This document shows positions 8,990-18,696 of a stretch of DNA of 64,000 bases, piece after piece. This DNA is from Myxococcota bacterium (GTDB taxonomy: Bacteria > Myxococcota_A > UBA796 > CAJQPC01): the NCBI GenBank assembly GCA_036229005.1, contig JAZAMN010000071.1, positions 96,001 to 160,000 of the forward strand, written 5' to 3'. The stretch's first letter is position 1, and the number at the start of each line of letters is the position of its first letter. Below the pieces are notes generated by a model. The model did no database searches. It worked only from the letters and a program-made list of their open reading frames with translations, and was not told the origin of the DNA. The position numbers were made by a program, and so were the translations under genes.

Positions 8990-10468
8990 TCAGCGCCGGC
9001 GCCGCAGCCCCAAACCCACCATCCCGACCACCAGCAGCCAGCCCCAGGCCGCGCCAGCCGGTGCGGTGCTGCAGCCCAGGCCGCCGCCGCCCTTGTACTG
9101 GCCGTCCAGGTCCTGGCTGGGGAAGTCGTCGCTGGGATCCAGCAGGTCGGTGCCGCGGTCGGCCTCGACGCCGTCGCGCACGCCGCCGTTGTCGGTGTCC
9201 GGGTTCAGGGGGTCGGAGCCGTACTCGTTGACCTCCTCGCCGTCGGTGAGGGTGTCGCGGTCGCTGTCCGGGTCCCAGGGGTCGGTGCCGTGCTCGTCCA
9301 CCTCCTCGCCGTCGCTGAGCCCGTCGTCATCGGAGTCGGCGTCGGTGGGGTTGGTGGCGGTCTCGTTGACCTCGCGGCCGTCGTCCAGGCCGTCGTCGTC
9401 GGTGTCGGCGTCGGTGGGATCGGTGCCGTGGTTGTTGACCTCGGCCCCGTCCAGCAGGCTGTCGCCATCGGTGTCCGGGTCGTTGGGGTCGCTGCCCCAC
9501 TCCAGGACCTCCTCGCCGTCGCTCAGGCCGTCGTCGTCGGAGTCGTAGTCGTTGGGGTCGGTGTCGTGGGTGTTGACCTCGGCGCCGTCACCCAGGCCGT
9601 CGCCGTCGGTGTCGAAGAGGTTGGGGTCGGTGCCCCACTCGTAGACCTCCTCCCAGTCGCTGAGGCCGTCGCCGTCGCTGTCGCCGTACTCCGGGGAGCA
9701 GACGCTCTCGCCGCGGGGATCAAGCAGGGTGTAGGTCACCGTGTCCTGGCTCAGGATGTAGAAGCCGAACTCGCCGCCCGTGGGGAAGCTGCCGGACTCG
9801 TCGAACTCCAGGGAGCCGTCGATCCACACGCGGATGCGGCTGGCGGTGTACTCCAGGTCCACGGTGTAGGTGCGGTCGAAGGTCCAGCCGACCTCGCCGA
9901 AGTTGTTGCCGGTGGCGACCACGCTGGCGCTGCCGGTCTGCTGCCACAGGTCCGTGTCCACGGTGGGGCCCTGCACCCGCATCATGGTCAGGCCCTTGGG
10001 GCAGTAGCCCAGCCCGGTGGTGTCCTGGTCGCCCTTCTTCCAGCTCCACACCATCCAGTCGGCGCTGGTGTTGGTGCTGTCGCCGGGGTGGTAGCCCACC
10101 AGGAAGCCGATGATGTCGTCGTCCCAGCTCGTGCCGGCGGTCATCTCGAAGCGGATGTTGCCGCTCTCGGCCGGCAGGTTGGTCAGGTAGACGCCGGGCG
10201 CGGCGTTCTGGGACTGGGTGACGGTGCGCTGGTCGCTGGACAGGGTCCAGTCGGGGTCGCCGTCGTGGCTGTAGCTGGTGGGCAGGACCTCATCGAACTG
10301 CAGCTCGAAGGTGCCGTCCACGCAGGACCAGCCGGCCTCCACCTGGCAGGTGGACGAGCAGCCGTCGGCCGAGGCCTTGTTGCGGTCGTCGCAGGTCTCG
10401 CCGCTGTCGACCACGCCGTCGCCGCAAGCGGCCTGGGCCATGGACAAGGAGAGCAGGGTGAGGAGCAT
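8990..10468 (-). CDS. Thrombospondin-like surface protein: myxococcal Cys-rich repeat + TSP C-terminal-like domain + 8 TSP type-3-like Ca-binding repeats + MYXO-CTERM-like tail
   Basis: [44 protein letters not shown]; 8x DxDxDGLxDGx[10 protein letters not shown] + TM + RRRR; start ATG 10468 after AGGA. Confidence 0.8.
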   Translation of the reverse strand: MLLTLLSLSMAQAACGDGVVDSGETCDDRNKASADGCSSTCQVEAGWSCVDGTFELQFDEVLPTSYSHDGDPDWTLSSDQRTVTQSQNAAPGVYLTNLPAESGNIRFEMTAGTSWDDDIIGFLVGYHPGDSTNTSADWMVWSWKKGDQDTTGLGYCPKGLTMMRVQGPTVDTDLWQQTGSASVVATGNNFGEVGWTFDRTYTVDLEYTASRIRVWIDGSLEFDESGSFPTGGEFGFYILSQDTVTYTLLDPRGESVCSPEYGDSDGDGLSDWEEVYEWGTDPNLFDTDGDGLGDGAEVNTHDTDPNDYDSDDDGLSDGEEVLEWGSDPNDPDTDGDSLLDGAEVNNHGTDPTDADTDDDGLDDGREVNETATNPTDADSDDDGLSDGEEVDEHGTDPWDPDSDRDTLTDGEEVNEYGSDPLNPDTDNGGVRDGVEADRGTDLLDPSDDFPSQDLDGQYKGGGGLGCSTAPAGAAWGWLLVVGMVGLGLRRRR

Positions 10469-10640
10469 GGGAACCGTCCTGTTTTGCGCCCGGTGCCGGC
10501 GCGGTCCCGCCCTATAGCCGACAATTCCCTGACACCACCATTTCTTTGACAGCAGGCCCCTCATTGGCGGTTCTGCTTGACGCCCCGGGACAAAGGGCTA
10601 CCTCCCCACACGACAAATCGGGCAATGGGAGGCCCGCCCC

Positions 10641-11570
10641 ATGATCGAGGTATCCGAACTCACCCGCTACTACGGCCGCCACGCCGCGGTGCGGGACCTG
10701 AGCTTCTCCATCCAGGATCGCGAGATCGTTGGCTTTCTGGGCCTCAACGGCGCCGGCAAGTCCACCACCCTCAAGGTCCTCGCCGGCCTGCTCCTGCCCA
10801 GCTCCGGCACTGTGACGGTCGACGGTGTGGACGTGGTGAGCGCGCCCGACTCCCTGCGCGCCCAGATCGGCTTCCTCCCGGAGGACGCCCCCCTCTACAA
10901 GGACATGCGCGTCCGCGACTTTGTGCTCCACGTCGGCCAGCTCAAGGGCATGAGCGCCGCCCAGGCCGAGGCCCGCGTCGACGAGGTCCTGGACCGCTGC
11001 GGCCTCGCCCCGCGCGCCCGCCAGGTCATCTCCGAGCTCTCCCACGGCTACCGCAAGCGCGTCGGCATCGCCCAGGCCATCATCCACCAGCCCAAGCTGG
11101 TCATCCTGGACGAGCCCATCTCCGGCCTGGACCCCCTCCAGATCCGCGAGATCCGCCAGGTCATCCGCGGCCTCAAGCAGGACTGCACCGTCCTGATCTC
11201 CAGCCACATCCTCTCCGAGATCTCCCAGACCTGCGACCGCATCCTGGTCCTCAAGGACGGCCAACTGGTCGCCGAGGGCACCGAGGATGAGCTCGCCGCT
11301 CGCCAGTCCGGTGGTGGCAGCCTGAGCCTGGAGATCCGCGGTGACCAGGCCCGGGTCCAGCAGGTGCTCGAGGGGCTGGAGTCCGTCTCTTCGGTCTCCG
11401 TCCACACCGTCCAGGACGGGGTGGTGCACTGCAGCGTGCAGCTCAGCTCCGACACCCGCGAGGACATCGTGGCCGCGATCGTGGCCGCCGGCCTGGGCCT
11501 GCGTCGCCTGGACGACGGGGACGCCGAGCTGGAAGAGATCTTCGTGAACCTCACCCAGGGGAAGAACTGA
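10641..11570 (+). CDS. ABC transporter ATP-binding protein (GldA-like)
   Basis: Walker A GLNGAGKST, LSHGYRKR, ILDEP, H-loop SSHIL; GGAGG RBS. Confidence 0.9.
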   Translation: MIEVSELTRYYGRHAAVRDLSFSIQDREIVGFLGLNGAGKSTTLKVLAGLLLPSSGTVTVDGVDVVSAPDSLRAQIGFLPEDAPLYKDMRVRDFVLHVGQLKGMSAAQAEARVDEVLDRCGLAPRARQVISELSHGYRKRVGIAQAIIHQPKLVILDEPISGLDPLQIREIRQVIRGLKQDCTVLISSHILSEISQTCDRILVLKDGQLVAEGTEDELAARQSGGGSLSLEIRGDQARVQQVLEGLESVSSVSVHTVQDGVVHCSVQLSSDTREDIVAAIVAAGLGLRRLDDGDAELEEIFVNLTQGKN

Positions 11571-12295
11571 TGCGCGGCTTGATCCTGGTCGCCAAGCGCG
11601 AGCTGGGGGCGTACCTCAACACCTCCATGGGCTACGTCATCGTGGCCATCTTCCTGATGCTGGAGGGCCTCTTCTTCAACGCCTTCGCCGTCGGGAGCAG
11701 CCCCAAGGCCAGCGCGGATGTGCTGTCCGACTTCTTCTACTTCTCCTTTGGCTGCACGGTGGCCGCGGCGGTGTTCCTGAGCATGCGCCTGATCGCCGAA
11801 GAGCGGCAGACCGGCACCATTGTGCTGGTGCAGGCCAGCCCCCTGGCCAACTGGCAGCTCGTGGGCGGCAAGTTCCTGAGCGTGCTGGTGCTGCTGGCCG
11901 TGATGATGCTCATCTCCACCTACATGCCGGCCCTGATCTTCGTGAACGGCAAGGTCTCCCTGGGCCAGATTGGCGTGGGCTACCTGGGCGTCTTCCTGGC
12001 CTCCGCCAGCGCCGCCGCCATCGGCACCTTCGGCAGCACTCTCGCCCGCAGCCAGCTCGTGGCCGTCATCATCTCCGGCGTCATCGTGGTCGCCCTGCTG
12101 CTGGCCTGGCTGCTCGGCCGGGTCACCGACCCGCCCCTGGACGAGGTCTGGTCCTACCTGAGCCTCTACGACCGCCACTTCCAGCCCTTCCAGAAGGGCC
12201 GCCTGAACACGGAAGACGTGGTGTTCTACCTCTCCATGTGCTTCGGCTTCCTGATGCTCTCCACCCGGACCCTCAGCGCGCGGAGGTGGAAGTGA
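11570..12295 (+). CDS. ABC-2 type permease (GldF-like)
   Basis: KRELGAY, SMRLIAEERQTGT, about 6 TM; coupled to upstream stop. Confidence 0.85.
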   Translation: MRGLILVAKRELGAYLNTSMGYVIVAIFLMLEGLFFNAFAVGSSPKASADVLSDFFYFSFGCTVAAAVFLSMRLIAEERQTGTIVLVQASPLANWQLVGGKFLSVLVLLAVMMLISTYMPALIFVNGKVSLGQIGVGYLGVFLASASAAAIGTFGSTLARSQLVAVIISGVIVVALLLAWLLGRVTDPPLDEVWSYLSLYDRHFQPFQKGRLNTEDVVFYLSMCFGFLMLSTRTLSARRWK

Positions 12296-14157
12296 GCCCC
12301 GCAGCCATCCTGACCCTGGGCTCTCTGGCCCTGATCTTCGTCGGCCAGCGCCTGCTCACCGACACCACCGGCCTGGTGGTCTCCCTGGTGGGCGCCGCCG
12401 GCCTGGTCGCCGCCCTGGTCCTGCGCGTGCAGGCCCGCGGAAAGGCCGCCCACCCCAGCACCGCGGACGCCCACAAGCGCGCCTTGTTCCTGGGCATCGG
12501 CGTGCTGGCCTCCATGGCGCTCTACACCCTGAGCACCGACTGGTTCATCGACCTGGCCGGCCTGCAGGATGAGGCGGCGAGCCGCTGGCAGGTGGTGTTC
12601 TACGCCCTGTGGCCCATCGTCCTGCTCTGCTCCGCGGCCCCCCTGATGCTGCTGGACAGCGCCATCGAGGACAGCCCGCTGGCGGTGCAGCCCCTGCGGG
12701 TCAAGCACGCCGTGGACAACGGCCTGATCGCCGCCCTGGGCGTGAGCCTGCTCTTCCCGGTGAACTACCTGGCCAGCGAGCACAACGAGCGCTTTGACCT
12801 CGCCTACTTCAAGACCACCGAGGTTGGAGGGGCCTCCGCGGCGATCGTTGAGAGCCTCAGTGAGCCCGTGCTGGTCCGCATCTTCCTCCCCACCTCCTCG
12901 GACGTGGAGCCCGAGCTGCTGCCCTACTTCGAGCAGCTCGCCGCCCTCAACCCCGAGCACTTCTCGGTGCAGGTCATCGACCACGCCGCCGAGCCCGCGC
13001 TGGCCGAGAGCCTCAAGGTGCGCGACAACGGCTACGTCGCCCTGACCATGAACCCGGACACCGAGTCCGAGGTCACCAAGTCCTGGAAGATCGGGACCGA
13101 CCTGGACAAGGCCGAGCGCAACCTCAAGAAGCTGGACGAGGAGTTCCAAAAGCGCATGCTGGACCTGGCCAAGGGTGAGCGCATCGCGTACTTCACCGTC
13201 GGCCACGACGAGCTGAACTGGAAGGGCGGCGAGCTCCCCGAAGACAAGCTCAGCCAGCTCAAGACCGGCCTGCGGAACCTGAACTTCAAGGTCAAGGAGC
13301 TGGGCCTGACCCAGGGTCTGGGCAACAGCATCCCCGACGACGCCAGCGTGGTCGTGGTCATGGGCCCCAAGACCGCGTTCCTGCCCGCGGAGCTCCAGGC
13401 CCTCCAGGACTACCTGGCCCGCGGCGGCTCGGTGCTCATCGCGGTGGAGCCCGGCTCGGACGAGATCGCCGGCCCCCTGCTGGCCCCCCTGGGCGCCAAG
13501 CTCGGCCAGGGCACGCTGACCAGCGACAAGCCCGCCTCCTACATGACCCGCAACCGCAGCCTCTCGGACCGCCAGAACACGGTCACCAACCGCTACTCCA
13601 GCCACGAGAGCACCACCACGCTCTCCAAGTACAGCCGCCAGCTCCAGCTCATCACGCCGCGCGCCGGCTTCCTGGAGGAGGCCACCCCCGGCATCGCGGG
13701 CGCCAAGACCACCGTCACCGTGCGCAGCCTGCAGGACAACTGGGCCGACCTGGACGGCGACTTCGAGCTGAACCCCGCCACCGAGAAGCGCGAGGTCCGG
13801 CCCATCGCCATGGTCGCCACTGGCCCCGCCACCGCCGCCTCCCCGGAGGACCCCGAGGCCCCCGCCGAGTTCCGCGCCGTGCTGGTCGCCGACGCCACCC
13901 TCTTCTCCGATCTGGCCCTGGCCAACCAGGCCAACTCCGTGTTCGTGGGCGACGCCCTGAACTGGCTGCTCGGCGACGAGGAGCTCTCCGGCACCACCGA
14001 GTCCGAAGAGGACGTCAAGATCGAGCACACCAAGGATGACGAGGTCCTGTGGTTCTACGGCAGCTCCCTGGGCGTGCCCCTGATCCTGATGCTCCTGGGT
14101 CTGCTCCGCGTGTCCCGCCGCCGCAAGGACAGCACCGTCCTTCGGGAGGAGGTCTGA
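12292..14157 (+). CDS. GldG-like ABC auxiliary component
   Basis: N-terminal TMs, RFDL, YFTVGHDE, IPDDASVVVVMGPK, LQDYLARGG, DALNWL, C-terminal TM+RRRK; GTG 12292 overlaps upstream stop. Confidence 0.8.
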   Translation: MSPAAILTLGSLALIFVGQRLLTDTTGLVVSLVGAAGLVAALVLRVQARGKAAHPSTADAHKRALFLGIGVLASMALYTLSTDWFIDLAGLQDEAASRWQVVFYALWPIVLLCSAAPLMLLDSAIEDSPLAVQPLRVKHAVDNGLIAALGVSLLFPVNYLASEHNERFDLAYFKTTEVGGASAAIVESLSEPVLVRIFLPTSSDVEPELLPYFEQLAALNPEHFSVQVIDHAAEPALAESLKVRDNGYVALTMNPDTESEVTKSWKIGTDLDKAERNLKKLDEEFQKRMLDLAKGERIAYFTVGHDELNWKGGELPEDKLSQLKTGLRNLNFKVKELGLTQGLGNSIPDDASVVVVMGPKTAFLPAELQALQDYLARGGSVLIAVEPGSDEIAGPLLAPLGAKLGQGTLTSDKPASYMTRNRSLSDRQNTVTNRYSSHESTTTLSKYSRQLQLITPRAGFLEEATPGIAGAKTTVTVRSLQDNWADLDGDFELNPATEKREVRPIAMVATGPATAASPEDPEAPAEFRAVLVADATLFSDLALANQANSVFVGDALNWLLGDEELSGTTESEEDVKIEHTKDDEVLWFYGSSLGVPLILMLLGLLRVSRRRKDSTVLREEV

Positions 14158-15248
14158 TGAACAAGCAAGTGCTCCTGCTCGGCGGACTGCTGGGCCTGGC
14201 CCTGGTCGGCTCCTACATGAGCTGGACCTCCGAGGACGCCGCCGCCGACCGCGAGGGTGTGGTCCTGCTGGACGCCGCCCCCGAGCAGCTCGCCGGGGTG
14301 CTGTGGACCAGCGAGAACCTGGACGTCGAGATCAGCCGCCGCTCCGACGCCCTGGGCGACTACCTGTGGGTCAAGACCACGGAGAGGAAGGAGGTGGAGG
14401 TCCCCGTCGAGCCTGTGGAGTCCACCGCTACAGTGGCCCCTCCCCCCGAGCCGGGTGTGGATCCTGCCGCAGGCGAGGACACCGAGTCCGGATCCGAGCC
14501 CTCCGAGCCCGAGGTCGAGGTCGAGATCCGCACCACCATCACCGAGTTCAAGGCCGGCCCCACCGGCGACGAGCTCTTCGCGTCCCTGGCCCCGATGGTG
14601 GCCCAGCGCCGCCTGGATGTAGGCGCCGACCGCTACGCCGACTTTGGCCTGGAGAGCCCGGAGGCCACCCTCCAGGTCCAGCGGGCCGGCAAGGAGCCCA
14701 AGGCCATCCAGATCGGCGGCAGCGCCTACGGCACCCGCGACCGCTACGCCCTGGACGGCGAGACCGTCGTGCTCCTGGACCAGGAGATGCTCCGCCCCCT
14801 CAAGTTCGCGACCACCCGCCTGCCGGACCGCGAGCTCTACGGCGTGGAGACCCCCGACATCGCCGGCGTGCGCATCGAGGGCGAGGGCGTGCAGCTCCAG
14901 CTCCAGCAGCTCAACGCGGACGACGCGCGGAACGCCGGCTGGGCCTACGCGGGCCAGGAGGCCGCCGAGACCGACGAGTCCGCGGGCGCCTGGATGGCCA
15001 AGGCCCTGGGCCTCAAGGCCAAGAACTACGTGCAGGCCGACAACGCGCCCGTGAGCACCACCCCGGTGCTCACCCTGGAGCTGGCCGTGGAGGGCGGGGC
15101 CCCCCACAAGGTGGAGATCCTGCAGGGCACGGACCTCGCTGGCGCCGAGCAGTGGTACGCCCGCTCCAGCCACACGCGGGAGCTGGTGGTGCTCCACGAA
15201 GCCCAGGCCAGCGAGCTCGTCGCGGACCTCCCTGCGCTGGTCCCCTGA
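14157..15248 (+). CDS. DUF4340-like protein
   Basis: N-terminal TM, YADFGLESP motif, typical fourth gene of gldAFG-like operons; ATG overlaps upstream TGA. Confidence 0.7.
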   Translation: MNKQVLLLGGLLGLALVGSYMSWTSEDAAADREGVVLLDAAPEQLAGVLWTSENLDVEISRRSDALGDYLWVKTTERKEVEVPVEPVESTATVAPPPEPGVDPAAGEDTESGSEPSEPEVEVEIRTTITEFKAGPTGDELFASLAPMVAQRRLDVGADRYADFGLESPEATLQVQRAGKEPKAIQIGGSAYGTRDRYALDGETVVLLDQEMLRPLKFATTRLPDRELYGVETPDIAGVRIEGEGVQLQLQQLNADDARNAGWAYAGQEAAETDESAGAWMAKALGLKAKNYVQADNAPVSTTPVLTLELAVEGGAPHKVEILQGTDLAGAEQWYARSSHTRELVVLHEAQASELVADLPALVP

Positions 15249-15326
15249 GCGCACATCAGGGAGAACCCTGACACATACCTGCAAGGCAACTGAGGAGAAA
15301 GCCGGTAGGGGCTACCCTATCGACGA

Positions 15327-17846
15327 ATGTCCACCGACAGCCGCCACGACTCGAAGACCCTGCCTCTGCCGGCAGGCTCCTCCCTCCCGCAGGGGGGCCC
15401 GGTCGCCCTGGACGCCATCGCTGGCATCTCCCCGGACCTCCCCCGCCTGGGGCCCTTCCCCGTCCTGGGAGAGCTCGGGGCGGGCGGCATGGGCCAGGTC
15501 TTCCGGGTGCTGGACCCCTACCTGAACCGGCCCATGGCCATGAAGGTCCTGCTGGAGCAGTGGACAGGCGACCCGCTGGTGTCCTCCCGCTTCATCGAGG
15601 AGGCCCAGGCCACCGCCCAGCTCCAGCACCCCGGCATCGTCCCCGTCCACCAGCTCGGCCAGCTCCCGGACGGCCGCTGGTACTTCACCATGCAGGAGGT
15701 CCAGGGCCGCACCCTCAAGGAGGTCATCACCCATGTGCACGCGGCCTCCTTCGAGCGCTGGACCCCCACGGAAGACGGCTGGACCTTCAGGCGCCTGGTG
15801 GACGCCTTCCACAAGGTCTGCGAGGCCGTCGCCTACGCCCACGCCCGCGGCGTGGTGCACCGGGACCTCAAGCCCAGCAACGTGCTGCTGGGCGAGCTCG
15901 GTCAGGTGCTGGTGGTGGACTGGGGCATCGCCAAGGTCATGGGCCGCCCCGATCTGGCCACGGTCACCGGCGCGCTGCGGGAGCCGGTGCGCACCTCACG
16001 GGCCGGCGACACCCTGCCCGGACTGGTGGCCGGCACCCCCGCCTTCATGCCCCCCGAGCAGGCCCGCGGCGAGCTGGACCGCGTAGACCAGCGCTCGGAC
16101 GTCTACAGCCTGGGGGCCATCCTCTTCCAGCTCTTGTGGGGGCACCGTCCCTACAAGGAGGTCACCCCCGACAAGGTGCTCTCCGCTGTGCTCCGGGGGC
16201 CGCCCCGCACCCCCGTCGACAGCGTCCCCACCCGCCCGCAGGAGCTGCGCCGCATCTGCGCCCGGGCCATGAGCCGCGATCGGGAGGACCGCTACGCCAA
16301 CGGCCAGAAGCTCGCCGACGCCGTGCAGTCCTGGCTGGACGGCTCCCGCCTGCGCGAGCAGGCCCGCGAGGAGGTCGACGGCGCCCGCACCCTGAACCGG
16401 GAGGCCGCCGAGCTCCAGCACCAGGCCGCCACCATCCGGCGCCGGGCCGACCGGGCGCTGACCCGCCTGGCGCCCTGGGCCAGCGAGCAGGAGAAGGCCC
16501 CCGCGTGGGCCCAGAGGGAGCTCGCCCAGGTCCTGGAGCAGACCGCCCGCGCCCGCCTGGTCGAGGCCCAGTCCAGGCTTCAGGGCGCGCTGGCCTACGC
16601 CCCCGACCTGCCCGAGGCCCACGCCGCGCTGGCCTCCCTGCACCGCCGCCGCCACGAGGAGGCCGAGGCCAGCCGGGACGACACCGAGGCCCTGCGCGCC
16701 GAGGCCCTGCTGCGCGCCCACGCGCTCGCTCTGCCGATGTCCTCGCCGGTGCGGGCCGGTCACGAGGCGTACTTGAGGGGCGACGGGCGGCTGACGTTGC
16801 ACACAGATCCCGCGGGGGCCCAGGTCCGCCTCTACCGCTATGAGATGCACCGACAGCGCCTGGTCCCGGTGTTCGCACGCGAGCTGGGACGCACCCCTCT
16901 GGATGGCGTCACCTTGCCCCAGGGGAGCTGGCTGCTGGAGCTGCAACACCCCGAGCGCGCGACCGTGCGCTACCCCGTGAACATCGCCCGCCAGGAGCAC
17001 TGGGACGGCGTGCCACCCGGTTGGGAGCAGCCGATGCCCGTGCACCTGCCCCACCCCGACGCCCTGGGCGCCGACGAGTGCTACGTGCCCGCCGGCTGGA
17101 CCTGGGTGGGCGGGGATCCGGACGCGCGCGCCAGCGGTCCCCGGCAGCGGGTCTGGCAGGACGGCTTCGCGATCTCCCGCCACCCTGTCACCAACGCCCA
17201 GTACATCGCCTTCCTGGAGGATCTGGTCGCCCAGGGGCGCGAGCAGGAGGCGCTCCGGTACGTGCCCCGAGAGCGCGCCGGCGCCCACGGCTCCATGGGC
17301 AGCCAGATCTACGCCCGCACCCCCACCGGCGGCTTCACCCTGCGGGCCGACGCGGACGGAGACCTCTGGCGCCCCCAGTGGCCCGTGCTGATGATCGACT
17401 GGTACGGCGCCCGCGCCTACGCCCGCTGGCGCGCTGTGCGGGAGTCCAGGAGCTGGCGCCTGCCCATGACCGACGAATGGAGCAAGGCCGCCCGGGGCGT
17501 GGACGGGCGCTTCTTCCCCTGGGGCGACCACTTCGACCCCTCCTGGTGCGCCATGCGCGACTCCCAGCCCAAGGGCCAGCTCCGCCCCGTCCCCGTGGGC
17601 ACCTTCAGCGTGGACGAGAGCGTCTACGGCGTCCGCGACCTGGCCGGCAACGCCAAGGACTGGTGCCTGGAAGCCCGCCGCGAGCGCCGCGTGGTGCGGG
17701 GCGGACACTGGCAGGCGGACGGCCAATACGCGCGCTGCGCCACCACCGGCGAGGAGGACCCCCACTACCGGGCGGGGCACATCGGCTTCCGGCTGGCGCG
17801 TCCCTTCCCCGCACTGCTGCCGTCTGGGGGCCCCGAAAGGCGCTAA
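15327..17846 (+). CDS. Ser/Thr kinase fused to helical linker, PEGA-like segment and FGE-sulfatase (SUMF1) domain
   Basis: GAGGMGQV, HRDLKPSN, DWG; LHTDPAGAQV; HPVTNAQY, RLPMTDEWSKAARG, FPWG, DLAGNAKDW, RGG.W, GFRLA. Confidence 0.9.
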   Translation: MSTDSRHDSKTLPLPAGSSLPQGGPVALDAIAGISPDLPRLGPFPVLGELGAGGMGQVFRVLDPYLNRPMAMKVLLEQWTGDPLVSSRFIEEAQATAQLQHPGIVPVHQLGQLPDGRWYFTMQEVQGRTLKEVITHVHAASFERWTPTEDGWTFRRLVDAFHKVCEAVAYAHARGVVHRDLKPSNVLLGELGQVLVVDWGIAKVMGRPDLATVTGALREPVRTSRAGDTLPGLVAGTPAFMPPEQARGELDRVDQRSDVYSLGAILFQLLWGHRPYKEVTPDKVLSAVLRGPPRTPVDSVPTRPQELRRICARAMSRDREDRYANGQKLADAVQSWLDGSRLREQAREEVDGARTLNREAAELQHQAATIRRRADRALTRLAPWASEQEKAPAWAQRELAQVLEQTARARLVEAQSRLQGALAYAPDLPEAHAALASLHRRRHEEAEASRDDTEALRAEALLRAHALALPMSSPVRAGHEAYLRGDGRLTLHTDPAGAQVRLYRYEMHRQRLVPVFARELGRTPLDGVTLPQGSWLLELQHPERATVRYPVNIARQEHWDGVPPGWEQPMPVHLPHPDALGADECYVPAGWTWVGGDPDARASGPRQRVWQDGFAISRHPVTNAQYIAFLEDLVAQGREQEALRYVPRERAGAHGSMGSQIYARTPTGGFTLRADADGDLWRPQWPVLMIDWYGARAYARWRAVRESRSWRLPMTDEWSKAARGVDGRFFPWGDHFDPSWCAMRDSQPKGQLRPVPVGTFSVDESVYGVRDLAGNAKDWCLEARRERRVVRGGHWQADGQYARCATTGEEDPHYRAGHIGFRLARPFPALLPSGGPERR

Positions 17847-17868
17847 GCTGAGGTGGCTGGGAGGCACA

Positions 17869-18528
17869 ATGAGCACCTTCATCCTCACCCTCACCGCCCT
17901 GTTGGCCTGCTTCGGCGCCAGGCAGCGCGTGGATGACACCGAGGACACCCGCGTGGAGGCCGACGCGGACACCGACGCCGACTCCGACAGCGACTCGGAC
18001 GCCGACAGCGACTCCGACGCCGACAGCGACGCCGACGCGGACACCGACCCCATCTCGGACCCCTGGGAGGGCCTCAGCGCGGACTCCGGGTGCGACGAGG
18101 TCAGCGGCCAGGAGGTCCCCGGGGCCACCTCCTACTTCTGGGGGGACTTCGAGCTCGGCGGCGACCAGAGCGTCAGCGGGACCGAGGGCTGGCTGCTGCT
18201 GGCCAACACCGGCTGGATCGCCAACGGCGGCAGCGACTGCCAGGTGGTCTGGAACGCCACCGGCACCCAGGGCGACGCCACCGCCATGTGCGCGAGCTGC
18301 GACTACAGCCTGAGCCTGTCCATGCAGGTGGACGCCGCCGCCACGACCTGCCCCGAGGGCATCTACGAAGGCGACGAGAGCTTCTCCGTCACCTACAACG
18401 TGGACGCAGACGGTGACCAGACCACCTACTACTTCGCCAGCTCGGGCGGCACCCTGGGCGCGGGCCAGACCGACGAGGTCCGGACCACCTACACCAGCGC
18501 CTCCAAGTGCGTCTACTGGGGTCGCTGA
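17869..18528 (+). CDS. Hypothetical lipoprotein with DxDxD acidic linker
   Basis: GGAGG RBS; MSTFILTLTALLAC; (D-A/S/T)n tract; Cys-containing C-terminal domain. Confidence 0.75.
   Translation: MSTFILTLTALLACFGARQRVDDTEDTRVEADADTDADSDSDSDADSDSDADSDADADTDPISDPWEGLSADSGCDEVSGQEVPGATSYFWGDFELGGDQSVSGTEGWLLLANTGWIANGGSDCQVVWNATGTQGDATAMCASCDYSLSLSMQVDAAATTCPEGIYEGDESFSVTYNVDADGDQTTYYFASSGGTLGAGQTDEVRTTYTSASKCVYWGR
17959..18048 (+). repeat. Coding 6-bp-period repeat (DA/DS/DT dipeptides)
   Basis: GAC alternating with GCC/AGC/TCC/ACC codons; same tract type at about 55300-55375, 56325-56430 and 57420-57510. Confidence 0.85.
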
Positions 18529-18696
18529 GCGCCCAGCCCGCCCGGAGGCTCCAGGGCCCCGCCCCCGAGGCCACGCCGAAGATCCAGGTCTGCTCGACGA
18601 TCTCAGGGTCGTGACCACGGGGAGGGCCCTGCCCCCTGCAAGTGTTTCGCCCCAACCCAAGTGTTAAGCCTCCCCCGCACCGAACGGCCCCCCGAC

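Noticed and set aside
8687..8996. TCAGCGC on both sides of locus 1 as a target-site duplication
   Set aside because: The left copy overlaps the first repeat unit, the right copy is just the Arg-stop of the neighbouring gene, and loci 2 and 3 show no equivalent
15257..15272. Hairpin TCAGGG-AGAA-CCCTGA after the ABC operon
   Set aside because: 6-bp stem with no U-tract; too weak to call a terminator or RNA element
17080..17846. FGE domain as a diversity-generating retroelement target
   Set aside because: No reverse transcriptase and no template-repeat copy seen in the window
18638..18666. Direct repeat CAAGTGTT x2 upstream of gloB
   Set aside because: Only two 8-mers and no other support; could be chance
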